The notes: generated by a model from the sequence alone, not told the origin. A stretch of 64,000 nucleotides of DNA from an uncultured Bacteroidales bacterium (GCA_964461045.1 CAYWSJ010000003.1:10148-74147); one strand, 5' to 3'. Shown: positions 17,976 to 26,385, counted from the stretch's first letter. Numbers and translations: made by a program.

Positions 17976-18143
17976 ATGGCTTACGTAATTACAGAAGATT
18001 GTACAGCTTGTGGTTCCTGTATAGACGAATGCCCTGTTGAAGCAATATCAGAGGGCGATATCTATAAAATTGATCCGGATCTTTGTACTGATTGTGGTGC
18101 ATGCGCGGATGTATGCCCAGTTGAAGCAATTCACCCGGAATAA
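17976..18143 (+). CDS. 2x[4Fe-4S] ferredoxin, 55 aa (absent from the ORF track)
   Basis: Hand translation gives MAYVITEDCTACGSCIDECPVEAISEGDIYKIDPDLCTDCGACADVCPVEAIHPE, with two CxxCxxCxxxCP clusters. It is flanked by its own promoter box and terminator. Confidence 0.9.
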   Translation: MAYVITEDCTACGSCIDECPVEAISEGDIYKIDPDLCTDCGACADVCPVEAIHPE

Positions 18144-18165
18144 ATTGAAACCACTAAAAAAATAC

Positions 18166-18197
18166 AAAGACTGTTCTGAAAAGGACAGTCTTTTTTT
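18166..18197 (+). terminator. Rho-independent terminator of the ferredoxin gene
   Basis: AAAGACTGT ... ACAGTCTTT hairpin followed by a T-run (tttttttc). Confidence 0.75.
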
Positions 18198-18249
18198 CTG
18201 AATGCTACTTGTTCCAATTTTATATTAATTTTGCGCAAAAAAAATAAAT

Positions 18250-19002
18250 ATGGCCTTATCAAATGAATTCCGCAAAAGCGGGAATTATCTATTCCGACAC
18301 AGAAGTTACCTGCCTTTGATTTTTTATCCTTTGGCAACTATTGTAGTTATCTTCCAGGACAATCCTTTTCTTATAAATGATTTGTGGTGGTCTGTTGCAT
18401 GTTTATTTATCTCATTTGCTGGTCTTTTTGTAAGGATTTTGGCCATTGGTTTTGCTCCAACAGGAACATCAGGAAGAAATACAAAAAAACAAAAAGCCGA
18501 GGTATTGAACAGCACGGGAATATACGGTTATCTGAGACATCCACTCTATCTTGGAAACTTTCTCATGTGGCTGGGAATTATGCTTTATACCCAATCTTTC
18601 TGGTTTACAGCGGTAGGAATCCTACTCTTTTTTATTTACTATGAGCGGATTATGTTTGCTGAAGAAGCATTTTTAAAGGAAAAATTCGGAGAAAAATTCC
18701 AGGAATGGTCAGAAAAAACGCCCGCCTTCATTCCCAGGTTAAAAAAATGGGTAAATCCTCCTTTAAGGTTTTCACCCAGGTATGTTTTAAAAAGAGAGTA
18801 CAGGGGAGTATTAGCAATTATTATCTCATTTGTTTATTTAAATGTCCTGAAACATTTTATTAATACAAGCGAATTTAATATTTCACTTTTCTGGTTAATA
18901 TCGCTTATTGCAGGACTTGTCTTTTTTATTATTATCCGTATTCTTGACAAAAAAACAAAAATACTGACCACAGACAGAAGCATAAAAACTCCTGAGAAGT
19001 GA
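18250..19002 (+). CDS. ICMT/PEMT-like membrane methyltransferase family protein
   Basis: 250-aa polytopic protein with motif GIYGYLRHPLYLGNFLMWLG. Confidence 0.65.
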   Translation: MALSNEFRKSGNYLFRHRSYLPLIFYPLATIVVIFQDNPFLINDLWWSVACLFISFAGLFVRILAIGFAPTGTSGRNTKKQKAEVLNSTGIYGYLRHPLYLGNFLMWLGIMLYTQSFWFTAVGILLFFIYYERIMFAEEAFLKEKFGEKFQEWSEKTPAFIPRLKKWVNPPLRFSPRYVLKREYRGVLAIIISFVYLNVLKHFINTSEFNISLFWLISLIAGLVFFIIIRILDKKTKILTTDRSIKTPEK

Positions 19003-19015
19003 TCAGTATAACATT

Positions 19016-21412
19016 TTATTTTAGAATATTTCCTAGGTTTACTGAGAAATAAAATGTTCTTGGTAAGGCTGGTCCATACATAAAACCTGCATCTCGGTAA
19101 ACACCTGAATCAAAATTACTCTGATAACTCTGCAACAGGTTTTTCACTCCACCTTTGAACGTTACTTTTAGACCATTCGATAAAAAGAGGCTGTATGAAA
19201 GTTTTGTTCCCAGATCGAAAAATGGCTTTGTTTCATAAAGTTCTTCTCCTTGTATCACATATCCTTTATCTATGGCTTCCTGCTGTGAAGGATCCGGGTT
19301 GTGAATGCCCATATGAGGCACCAACATCGAACTGGTGTAATTCCCTGTAAATGAAATGTTTAGTTTTTTATTAATATCCCAGTTAGCCATTAAATAACCA
19401 TAACTGGAAGGAGTTCTCAACATTTCTTTAGTCTTGCTGGAGGGCAATTCTCCCCATTGCTGTGGATTTTTGTATTTGTTATCTTCCATTGTGAAACCTA
19501 ATTTCACATTCAATGAATTTCCTACTAAAAAATTCCCCTCCATGTTTATTCCTTTGACTACAGCACCACCCCTGGCATTTACTCTTAAATATGTAAGATT
19601 ATATTGATCCTCTTCAATAATTTCATTAGCAAAAGGATCCTGGAGATAGGTATAAAAACCTTCTAAAAGAAAATATATGGGTTTATTAAAAAATTTACCA
19701 GTATAGTCTAAAGAAGCACTAAAACTATGAGATACCTCTTCAGCAAGATCCGGATCATTCCTGTGAATGATCTTACGAGCTTTAGAAGATTCAATATGCA
19801 GGTCTTCACTGTATATTTTCGGAGCTCTGTATCCTTTGGCGTAACTTAATCGAATCTGATAATTCTTTTTTATATCGAACAACAGGTTAGTTCTTGGAGA
19901 TATAGCCGTCCCTGTTACATTATTTCCTTCATTGTACTGGTCATTAATCTTATAATGATCCGCCCGGATTCCGAATAGAAATTTAAACCAATCCATATTC
20001 CATTCTGACTGCAAATACCCTCCAATAGTATTGCTGTATTGTTTTGCAATTATTCGGCCGGGAATTGTATCGAACCCTAGTTTTCGATCATCAAGAACGT
20101 CATAAACATCCTCTGCTCCAATGTTTATTTCAGCAGGAGAGAAAAGGAAATTATCAGCGTTAAAAGAATACTGGGTTCCGACCACTAATTTGTCATTGTG
20201 AGTTTCGCCATAAGCCGCGGGATTTTCATTGGTCCCGTAATAACTATCTCTATCCATTAACTGACCTGATACAAACACAGAAAACTTGCTGTCCTGATCT
20301 TTACCATACTTTTCATAAGAAAGACTTCCTCCGTTAATGTCGTGCCGTACCTGCTCTGTAATGTCGGCATCATGGGGCAAAGCCGCAAACTTATTTCCTC
20401 CACGCCGAAATTCATGTATTTTATGAAGATCAAGTTTAATCTTACTAAGGTTGGTAGGTCTGACGAAAGCATTTAATCCAAGAGAGGTATTTTCCATTCT
20501 TGGAATTTCTGAAAAGCCATCAGCATTTGCGTCAAAATATTCCCTGTTCCTGTTAAGACCATTAATTGATATTCCGGTTGTATGCTTCTCATTAACAATT
20601 GAGGTGCTGAAATCAACTGAAATGTCGTCCCGGTTCCCCTCCATAAAAAGCGACCGCATCGAAACATCGAAATTATCATTTACCGGATCCTTTGTAATAA
20701 TATTCACAGTCCCGGCAATAGCAGAACCTCCAAAGAGAGCCGATCCTCCACCTCGAACAACCTCAACCCTCTCTATCAAACTTAAAGGGATTTGCTCTAT
20801 TCCATAGATACTTGCCAGACTGCTGAAAATAGGTTTACTGTTTATTAATATCTGGGTATATTCCCCTTTTAAACCATTCATTCTAAGTTGCGTTACTCCA
20901 CAATTCTGGCAACTGTTCTCTGTCCTCAACCCTGGCGTAAAATTCAGACTTTCAACCAGTGATGATGATTCCGTTTGTTTGAACATTGCAGGAGTAAGAC
21001 TATTTACGATAACAGGTGTTTCTGTACGGTCTTTTTTATTTTTATTGGCAGATACCACAGCGCCTTCTATTTCAAAAATATCCTCCTCCATAGATATGTT
21101 TAAGCGCATAGTCTCACCTCTTTTTAGAACAATTTTCTTTTCCCTGGGTTTATAACCAACCCCCTGAATGCGAATGGTATATTTTCCTGGTTTTAGACCA
21201 TCAAGGACAAATTCCCCTTCGTTATTTGTTGATGTTCCAATTGTTGTGCCTTTTATTAGAACTGTCAGGTAAGGCAAACGCTCATGACTTTCTTCTTCGG
21301 TTACTACTCCAACAATAGACGGAGTATCAGGATTCCCTGCAAAAACATAGTTTACAAGACACAAAAAACACACTATACATGTAATAAATACTGACTTATT
21401 AATTCTATTCAT
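19016..21412 (-). CDS. TonB-dependent receptor with CarboxypepD_reg-like N-terminal domain
   Basis: 798 aa with a signal peptide, a CarboxypepD_reg-like module (GVVTEEESHERLPYLTVLIKGT..GEFVLDGLKPGKYTIRIQGVGY), a plug (IERVEVVRGGGSALFG), and a barrel ending YFSVNLGNILK. Confidence 0.9.
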   Translation of the reverse strand: MNRINKSVFITCIVCFLCLVNYVFAGNPDTPSIVGVVTEEESHERLPYLTVLIKGTTIGTSTNNEGEFVLDGLKPGKYTIRIQGVGYKPREKKIVLKRGETMRLNISMEEDIFEIEGAVVSANKNKKDRTETPVIVNSLTPAMFKQTESSSLVESLNFTPGLRTENSCQNCGVTQLRMNGLKGEYTQILINSKPIFSSLASIYGIEQIPLSLIERVEVVRGGGSALFGGSAIAGTVNIITKDPVNDNFDVSMRSLFMEGNRDDISVDFSTSIVNEKHTTGISINGLNRNREYFDANADGFSEIPRMENTSLGLNAFVRPTNLSKIKLDLHKIHEFRRGGNKFAALPHDADITEQVRHDINGGSLSYEKYGKDQDSKFSVFVSGQLMDRDSYYGTNENPAAYGETHNDKLVVGTQYSFNADNFLFSPAEINIGAEDVYDVLDDRKLGFDTIPGRIIAKQYSNTIGGYLQSEWNMDWFKFLFGIRADHYKINDQYNEGNNVTGTAISPRTNLLFDIKKNYQIRLSYAKGYRAPKIYSEDLHIESSKARKIIHRNDPDLAEEVSHSFSASLDYTGKFFNKPIYFLLEGFYTYLQDPFANEIIEEDQYNLTYLRVNARGGAVVKGINMEGNFLVGNSLNVKLGFTMEDNKYKNPQQWGELPSSKTKEMLRTPSSYGYLMANWDINKKLNISFTGNYTSSMLVPHMGIHNPDPSQQEAIDKGYVIQGEELYETKPFFDLGTKLSYSLFLSNGLKVTFKGGVKNLLQSYQSNFDSGVYRDAGFMYGPALPRTFYFSVNLGNILK

Positions 21413-21485
21413 AAAATTATCATTAACTGCTTTAAAACTAAAGATAGAAACTATAATCTTTATAATCTCAATAGGGTGTATAGAC

Positions 21486-21878
21486 TTAATAAATGGAGGG
21501 AGGTCCTCTCAAAGAAATATGAGGAAATAAAAAAACACTAAAAATCCTTTCAGGAGATATATTAATTCGTTTCTGAAATGATAAAATTATTGATAATAAA
21601 GCTAAAATAGTTATAAAAACAAGGAATAATATTTCTATAACTTGTTGAAAAAATACAAGTGCTGAAGCGGTATGATGATGCCCATTATTTGCAAGATCGC
21701 CTTTATTTTCTGCTTTATGGTATGGGTGAGCATGCACAATTAAATAACCACTATCTGATTTGTGGAAATGCCAGTTGGTTGAGGTATTAATTAATAAGAG
21801 AAATGTAGCAGCTACTAATAAGACCGCTAAAATCTTATAAAGCCAATTCTGTTTTTCTCTAAGCTTGTGTGCTGTCAT
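21486..21878 (-). CDS. Small two-TM protein with a His-rich loop, first gene of the TonB-receptor operon
   Basis: ATG at 21878; the ORF track starts 3 codons earlier at TTG. Eight His fall within 33 residues (HFHKSDSGYLIVHAHPYHKAENKGDLANNGHHH), between two hydrophobic helices. Confidence 0.5.
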   Translation of the reverse strand: MTAHKLREKQNWLYKILAVLLVAATFLLLINTSTNWHFHKSDSGYLIVHAHPYHKAENKGDLANNGHHHTASALVFFQQVIEILFLVFITILALLSIILSFQKRINISPERIFSVFLFPHISLRGPPSIY

Positions 21879-21909
21879 CTCTGACAATTTACCCCTTAAT
21901 AATTTGGTG

Positions 21910-21917
21910 CAAAGATA
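21910..21917 (-). promoter_or_regulatory. -7 promoter box (TATCTTTG) for the His-rich protein/TonB receptor operon
   Basis: Exact TAnnTTTG on the minus strand, 32 nt upstream of ATG 21878. The palindrome GCCAAACAATTGGC (21927..21940) sits over the expected -33 region. Confidence 0.5.
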
Positions 21918-21954
21918 AAATATTCTGCCAATTGTTTGGCATAAATAACAAAAA

Positions 21955-21982
21955 AACGGAGTAAATTAAACATTACTCCGTT
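21955..21982 (-). terminator. Rho-independent terminator of groES
   Basis: AACGGAGTAA (21955..21964) pairs with TTACTCCGTT (21973..21982). On the minus strand it is followed by TTTTTTTG. Confidence 0.8.
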
Positions 21983-22006
21983 GAATCAACCTGAATAAAT
22001 TCTTAA

Positions 22007-22294
22007 TTAAATAGCATCTGTCTCAACTACTTTTGCAAGAATATCAGCATAAGGAATTAACAAATATTTTTTTCCTTCAATTTCTGTCTCCACGCCTGAA
22101 AATTCTTTATAAAGCACAGTATCTCCTACCTTTATGGCAGAATTCTCAATCTCACTGATAGCTGAAACTTTTGCCATTTTCTTTTTTTCTTTTGCTGAAT
22201 CAGGAATTATAATACCACTTGCTGTTTTCTGTTCTGAATCCTCTTCAGCTAAATCTAATAGAACATGTTCGTTTAAAGGCTGTAATTCTTTCAT
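22007..22294 (-). CDS. groES: Co-chaperonin GroES (Cpn10) family protein, with no groEL downstream
   Basis: 95 aa with a Cpn10 pattern: mobile-loop region KTASGIIIPDSAKEK, VGDTVLYKEFSG, KYLLIPYADILA. A terminator follows directly. Confidence 0.8.
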   Translation of the reverse strand: MKELQPLNEHVLLDLAEEDSEQKTASGIIIPDSAKEKKKMAKVSAISEIENSAIKVGDTVLYKEFSGVETEIEGKKYLLIPYADILAKVVETDAI

Positions 22295-22333
22295 TTTTAA
22301 TTAAATTATTAATTCGACTTATAATTTTTCTTT

Positions 22334-22915
22334 TTAATTCAATTCCAACAATTCATCAATTTTTGATTTATTAAATCCCACAATAATCTTCCCATTTATT
22401 TCTGTTTGCGGGACACCTTGCTGTCCACTTTTTCTTACCAATTCCTGTGCCATTTTTTGATCCTTAGAGACATCAATATCTCTAAAACCTATCTTTTGCT
22501 TTTTCAGATAACTTTTTAAACTATTGCAATGTGGACAGGTTGGGGTACTGTAAACAACAACTTTTTTGCCAGTTTTTTTCTCTTTATTCTGAGAGATGTG
22601 TAGTGAATTATTAAAAAAGGAAGAATAATAGTCCGCTGTCTGACATCCTTTCACTGTACCTTTGAGTTCCTGACCTGTAAATTCAAGTAAGGCAGGAGCT
22701 GTGGTAATAGAATACCTGGCATGTATGTCACGAACCCTAGACACATCAGCGCATATAGCCATATCATTTCGATTTAATTTATTATGACTCTTTTCAAAAT
22801 TCGTTAATGCGCATTCGCTGCTCTCACTTCCAGATTTGTACAAAAGTAAAAAAGTTTTTCCTGAACTTTTTTGAAGTATTTTTTGTAATTCACTGTAAGA
22901 CTGTATTTGTTCCAT
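22334..22915 (-). CDS. Fusion of a thioredoxin-like domain (no CxxC) and a glutaredoxin/NrdH/YruB-like domain
   Basis: 193 aa. The C-terminal half reads VVVYSTPTCPHCNSLKSYLKKQKIGFRDIDV...GVPQTEINGKIIVGF. The N-terminal half is Trx-fold-like with a single Cys at the active-site position (SESSEC). Confidence 0.65.
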   Translation of the reverse strand: MEQIQSYSELQKILQKSSGKTFLLLYKSGSESSECALTNFEKSHNKLNRNDMAICADVSRVRDIHARYSITTAPALLEFTGQELKGTVKGCQTADYYSSFFNNSLHISQNKEKKTGKKVVVYSTPTCPHCNSLKSYLKKQKIGFRDIDVSKDQKMAQELVRKSGQQGVPQTEINGKIIVGFNKSKIDELLELN

Positions 22916-23073
22916 CTAATAAAAAATTAAAATTTAACACATGCATATATCTACATATATTGTGCCGTTTTACATTTTTGTCAGCATTATGCAAATATGT
23001 CAGTATTTAATTTAAGTAAAAAAATTCATAACTTATAAGCTATAAAAATAAACACATTTAAAAAGGAGGAAAT

Positions 23074-23607
23074 ATGCCCTACAAAAATCTTAAGGTTGTT
23101 AATTTAGTCCATCACGATTTTGAAGATCTCGAATTGTGGTATCCGGTAATAAGGTTAAGAGAACTTGGAATAACTGTTCATCTGGCAGGAGAAGAGAAAC
23201 AAAAAAACTATTCGGGGAAGCATGGGGTTCCGGCAAAAGCAGACATTGCATTTACCGACCTTGACCCTTCTGAATATAATGGATTAATGATTCCCGGAGG
23301 TTGGGCACCGGACAAACTAAGAAGGGAAAAAGAAGTACTCAGGTTTGTTCAGGAAATGAACAAACAAAACAAGCCCATTGGGGAAATATGTCATGCAGGC
23401 TGGGTATTGATATCGGCAGGAATTCTGGAAGGAAGAAGAGTTACAAGTACTCCGGCTATTAAAGATGATATGAAAAACGCAGGTGCTCAATGGTCTGATG
23501 AACCGGTGGTAATAGATCAGAACCTGGTTTCCAGCAGAAGACCTGTAGATTTACCAATATACATGAAAACCTATATTGATCTGCTGGATAAAACTTACTT
23601 AAAATAG
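23074..23607 (+). CDS. DJ-1/PfpI family protein (intracellular protease/deglycase type)
   Basis: 177 aa with nucleophile elbow ICHAGWVL. It is preceded by AGGAGG (23064..23069). Confidence 0.85.
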   Translation: MPYKNLKVVNLVHHDFEDLELWYPVIRLRELGITVHLAGEEKQKNYSGKHGVPAKADIAFTDLDPSEYNGLMIPGGWAPDKLRREKEVLRFVQEMNKQNKPIGEICHAGWVLISAGILEGRRVTSTPAIKDDMKNAGAQWSDEPVVIDQNLVSSRRPVDLPIYMKTYIDLLDKTYLK

Positions 23608-23632
23608 GCTTTGCTGAAAAATACAAAATAAA

Positions 23633-24103
23633 TCATCGTGTAAACAACTCTTCAAGAGCCTTCAAAACAGCATGATAAATACCGGGATCATCACTTTCCC
23701 GGTTTCCTGCTATATTCAATATTTTGACATTGTAATTGTCAATCCATTTATGAAAAAAATCAATTTGGTTTTCTTCTTCTGAATCAATTCTAAAAATAAA
23801 ATAAGGCTTGTTGTATTGCTGGCAATAATAAATAGTTAAAAGAGTTCCTTTTGAAAAGGGTTTATTGTATTCAAAAATAATTGTACCATCAGCATACTCA
23901 ACATTTCTGAGCGTTCTTTCTTCATATTCATTGGTTTCCAGCTCCACCAGCGGATACTTTGATGAAATTACTCCATCCTCTGCTTTACGGTCTTTGGGAC
24001 AAAACCCACCACACTTTATTTTATTTTCGAGGGCAAAATCTAAGGCAGCTCTGTCAACTCCGGTTTGCCCCCCGGATATAATTAAAATATTATTAAGATT
24101 CAT
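23633..24103 (-). CDS. YpsA-type SLOG family protein (the 'putative molybdenum carrier' family)
   Basis: 156 aa with SGGQTGVDRAALDFA, GGFCPKDRKAEDG, NVEYADGTIIF, and NIAGNRESDDPGIY. Confidence 0.75.
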   Translation of the reverse strand: MNLNNILIISGGQTGVDRAALDFALENKIKCGGFCPKDRKAEDGVISSKYPLVELETNEYEERTLRNVEYADGTIIFEYNKPFSKGTLLTIYYCQQYNKPYFIFRIDSEEENQIDFFHKWIDNYNVKILNIAGNRESDDPGIYHAVLKALEELFTR

Positions 24104-24527
24104 CTTTCTTTTTTAGAACAGAATAAATGTAATTTTTTCGACAATATCGATAAAGCCAGCTATATTCTATTTCAACATGAAACCGGTTGTACAATTCATC
24201 CTGTAATTTTTTTATGGTATTTATTCTTTTTAAACGAGCAATTTTCCGAATCTGACTCCGGTAATTGTTCAATTTAGACCTTCTTCTCTTATGATAATGA
24301 AAGGTTAACAGCCTGTCTACTCCTCCGCGCTTATAAAGCCTAATCCAGTCAGCAATTGTATCTTCGTGTATTCCAAGCAATTGAGTAATATTCTCATTGC
24401 TTTGCCCTTCATTTCTAAGCAAAATACAATAAGCTCTTTTTAAAATATTTTTATTGCTTTTATTGTCCTGAATAAGTCTTCGTAATCTTTCTTCCTGTTT
24501 CTGTGTGAGTTTTACTGAATAAGCCAT
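24093..24527 (-). CDS. IS630-family transposase N-terminal (HTH + winged-helix) homologue without a DDE domain
   Basis: 144 aa. LTQKQEERLRRL..ILKRAYCILLRNEGQSNENITQLLGIHEDTIADWIRLYKRGGVDRL resembles the DNA-binding half of IS630 transposases. No catalytic ORF and no terminal inverted repeats are nearby. It overlaps the ypsA-like start by 11 nt. Confidence 0.55.
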   Translation of the reverse strand: MAYSVKLTQKQEERLRRLIQDNKSNKNILKRAYCILLRNEGQSNENITQLLGIHEDTIADWIRLYKRGGVDRLLTFHYHKRRRSKLNNYRSQIRKIARLKRINTIKKLQDELYNRFHVEIEYSWLYRYCRKNYIYSVLKKKDES

Positions 24528-24654
24528 ATAGTAATAAAATGCAAAACCTAAAGATAGGCATTAACTAAGTAAATGTCAAATTTTTACTATAATCAACAAA
24601 AACTTTAAATCCGAAATTGCAGGTAATATCTTATTTAGAGAGGTAACTATACAA

Positions 24655-24762
24655 AAAAAGAGGGCAAGCTACTCATATCGCACCGCTCGACCGCCTACCC
24701 TTGCTTCCTTCCGGACCTGGGGGAGTTCAGCAGGAGCTGGTCGTATGAGACTTGCCCAGGGA
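24655..24762 (-). ncRNA. ffs: Signal recognition particle RNA (small/4.5S type)
   Basis: The minus strand reads GGGCAAGUCUCAUACGACC...CCCAGGUCCGGAAGGAAGCAAGGGUAGGCGG...UAUGAGUAGCUUGCCCUCUUUUUUU. It has the conserved domain IV (GGUCCGGAAGGAAGCA with a GGAA tetraloop), a closing helix GGGCAAGUCUCAUA/UAUGAG-UA-GCUUGCCC, a T-run at the 3' end, and a promoter box just upstream. Confidence 0.88.
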
Positions 24763-24764
24763 TG

Positions 24765-24772
24765 CAAAATTA
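24765..24772 (-). promoter_or_regulatory. -7 promoter box (TAATTTTG) for the SRP RNA
   Basis: Exact TAnnTTTG on the minus strand, a few nt upstream of the first base of the closing helix. Confidence 0.6.
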
Positions 24773-24821
24773 GAAAATTTATCTTTAAACTCAAATTTTT
24801 AATTAAGAAATATAAAAATTC

Positions 24822-24829
24822 TATCTTTG
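24822..24829 (+). promoter_or_regulatory. -7 promoter box (TATCTTTG) for the DUF4199/GT2 genes
   Basis: Exact TAnnTTTG, 30 nt upstream of ATG 24860. Confidence 0.5.
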
Positions 24830-24859
24830 TCTATTATTATTAACTAAAAACAGAGAAAA

Positions 24860-25411
24860 ATGGAAAACAATCCTCAAACTACCGAAGTAAACAAAGGTGA
24901 TTCCTTTTGGATGAATGCGCTTTATGCCGGAGTCATTGTAGGTATAGTACTTATTATCTACAATCTGATTCTTTATATGACTGACCTTATCTATAAACCC
25001 ATAGGTTTTATCGGGTTTTTACAATTTGCAATACTGATACTAGGTATTGTTTGGGCTACAATTAATTACAGAAATCAAAAACTGGGTGGATACATCTCTT
25101 ACGGAAAATCGTTAGGATATGGTGTGATAATCAGTGTGTTCAGTGGTATTGTTGTTGGACTGTTTATGTTTATTCTATATGAATTCATTGACCCGGATCT
25201 TACTTCAAAATCTATAAAAGCACTTGAAGAAAAACTATTAAATCAGGGAATGGACGCAGAACAAGTAAGAGTAATGGCACAGGCACAGGAAAAATTCCGT
25301 ACTCCAATATTGACATTCGTTTTCACAATTATAGGATTTGCATTCTGGGGTACGATATTAACTTTAATTTCTTCTGCTTTCACTAAAAAAGACAAACCAA
25401 TTTTTCAATAA
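24860..25411 (+). CDS. DUF4199-type membrane protein
   Basis: 183 aa with four TM helices and an amphipathic central segment. The DUF4199 + GT2 pairing is typical of Bacteroidota. Confidence 0.65.
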   Translation: MENNPQTTEVNKGDSFWMNALYAGVIVGIVLIIYNLILYMTDLIYKPIGFIGFLQFAILILGIVWATINYRNQKLGGYISYGKSLGYGVIISVFSGIVVGLFMFILYEFIDPDLTSKSIKALEEKLLNQGMDAEQVRVMAQAQEKFRTPILTFVFTIIGFAFWGTILTLISSAFTKKDKPIFQ

Positions 25412-25425
25412 AAATCCCAGTTTAA

Positions 25426-26385
25426 ATGGATATATCTGTTGTAGTACCCTTATTTAACGAAGAAGAATCACTCCCGGAGTTAACATCATGGATTGACAGA
25501 GTCATGCAGGATAATAAGTTTGAGTATGAGGTCATACTCGTGGATGACGGAAGCGATGATAAATCATGGGAAGTTATAAACAAATTAATCGATAAAAATA
25601 AAAACCTTAAAGGGATCAGGTTCAGAAACAATTATGGCAAATCTGCTGCATTGCACACAGGATTTAAAAATGTCAAAGGTGATGTAGTAATAACAATGGA
25701 TGCTGACCTACAGGACAGCCCAGATGAAATTCCTGAATTGTTCAACATGATCATAAAAGATGATTACGACCTGGTTTCCGGATGGAAAAAGAAACGATAT
25801 GATCCGCTTTCCAAAAGGCTTCCCAGTAAATTTTTTAACCGTACTGCCAGGAGATTTACCGGAATCAAGCTTCACGACTTCAATTGCGGACTTAAAGCTT
25901 ATAAAAAAGAAGTTGTAAAAAGCATTGAAATCTATGGAGAAATGCATCGGTATATCCCGGTCCTGGCAAAAAGGGAAGGTTTCACAAAAATTGGGGAAAA
26001 GGTGGTTCAGCATCAGAAACGAAAATACGGAGTCACCAAATTCGGTATGGACCGGTTCATTAAAGGCTTTCTGGATCTGATGTCAATCAACTTTATTACA
26101 AGGTTTGGAAAAAGGCCCATGCACCTTTTTGGTACACTAGGAACATTAATATTCATTTTTGGTTTTTTGGCTGCAATATGGCTGGGGGCACAAAAGTTAT
26201 ATTTTCTGAGTCATGGAATTCCTGCCAGGCTTGTAACCGACAGCCCGTTCTTTTATATTGCACTAACATGCATGATTCTTGGAACTCAACTCTTTCTTGC
26301 AGGATTTCTCGGTGAACTTGTATCAAGAAGTGCAGAAAACAGAAACAATTATCAGATTAGTGAACAGATAAATATTGAAAGATAA
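25426..26385 (+). CDS. Family 2 glycosyltransferase, polyprenyl-phosphate glycosyltransferase (GtrB/ArnC-like) architecture
   Basis: 319 aa with VVPLFNEEE, VDDGSDD, DADLQD, and two C-terminal TM helices. Confidence 0.85.
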   Translation: MDISVVVPLFNEEESLPELTSWIDRVMQDNKFEYEVILVDDGSDDKSWEVINKLIDKNKNLKGIRFRNNYGKSAALHTGFKNVKGDVVITMDADLQDSPDEIPELFNMIIKDDYDLVSGWKKKRYDPLSKRLPSKFFNRTARRFTGIKLHDFNCGLKAYKKEVVKSIEIYGEMHRYIPVLAKREGFTKIGEKVVQHQKRKYGVTKFGMDRFIKGFLDLMSINFITRFGKRPMHLFGTLGTLIFIFGFLAAIWLGAQKLYFLSHGIPARLVTDSPFFYIALTCMILGTQLFLAGFLGELVSRSAENRNNYQISEQINIER

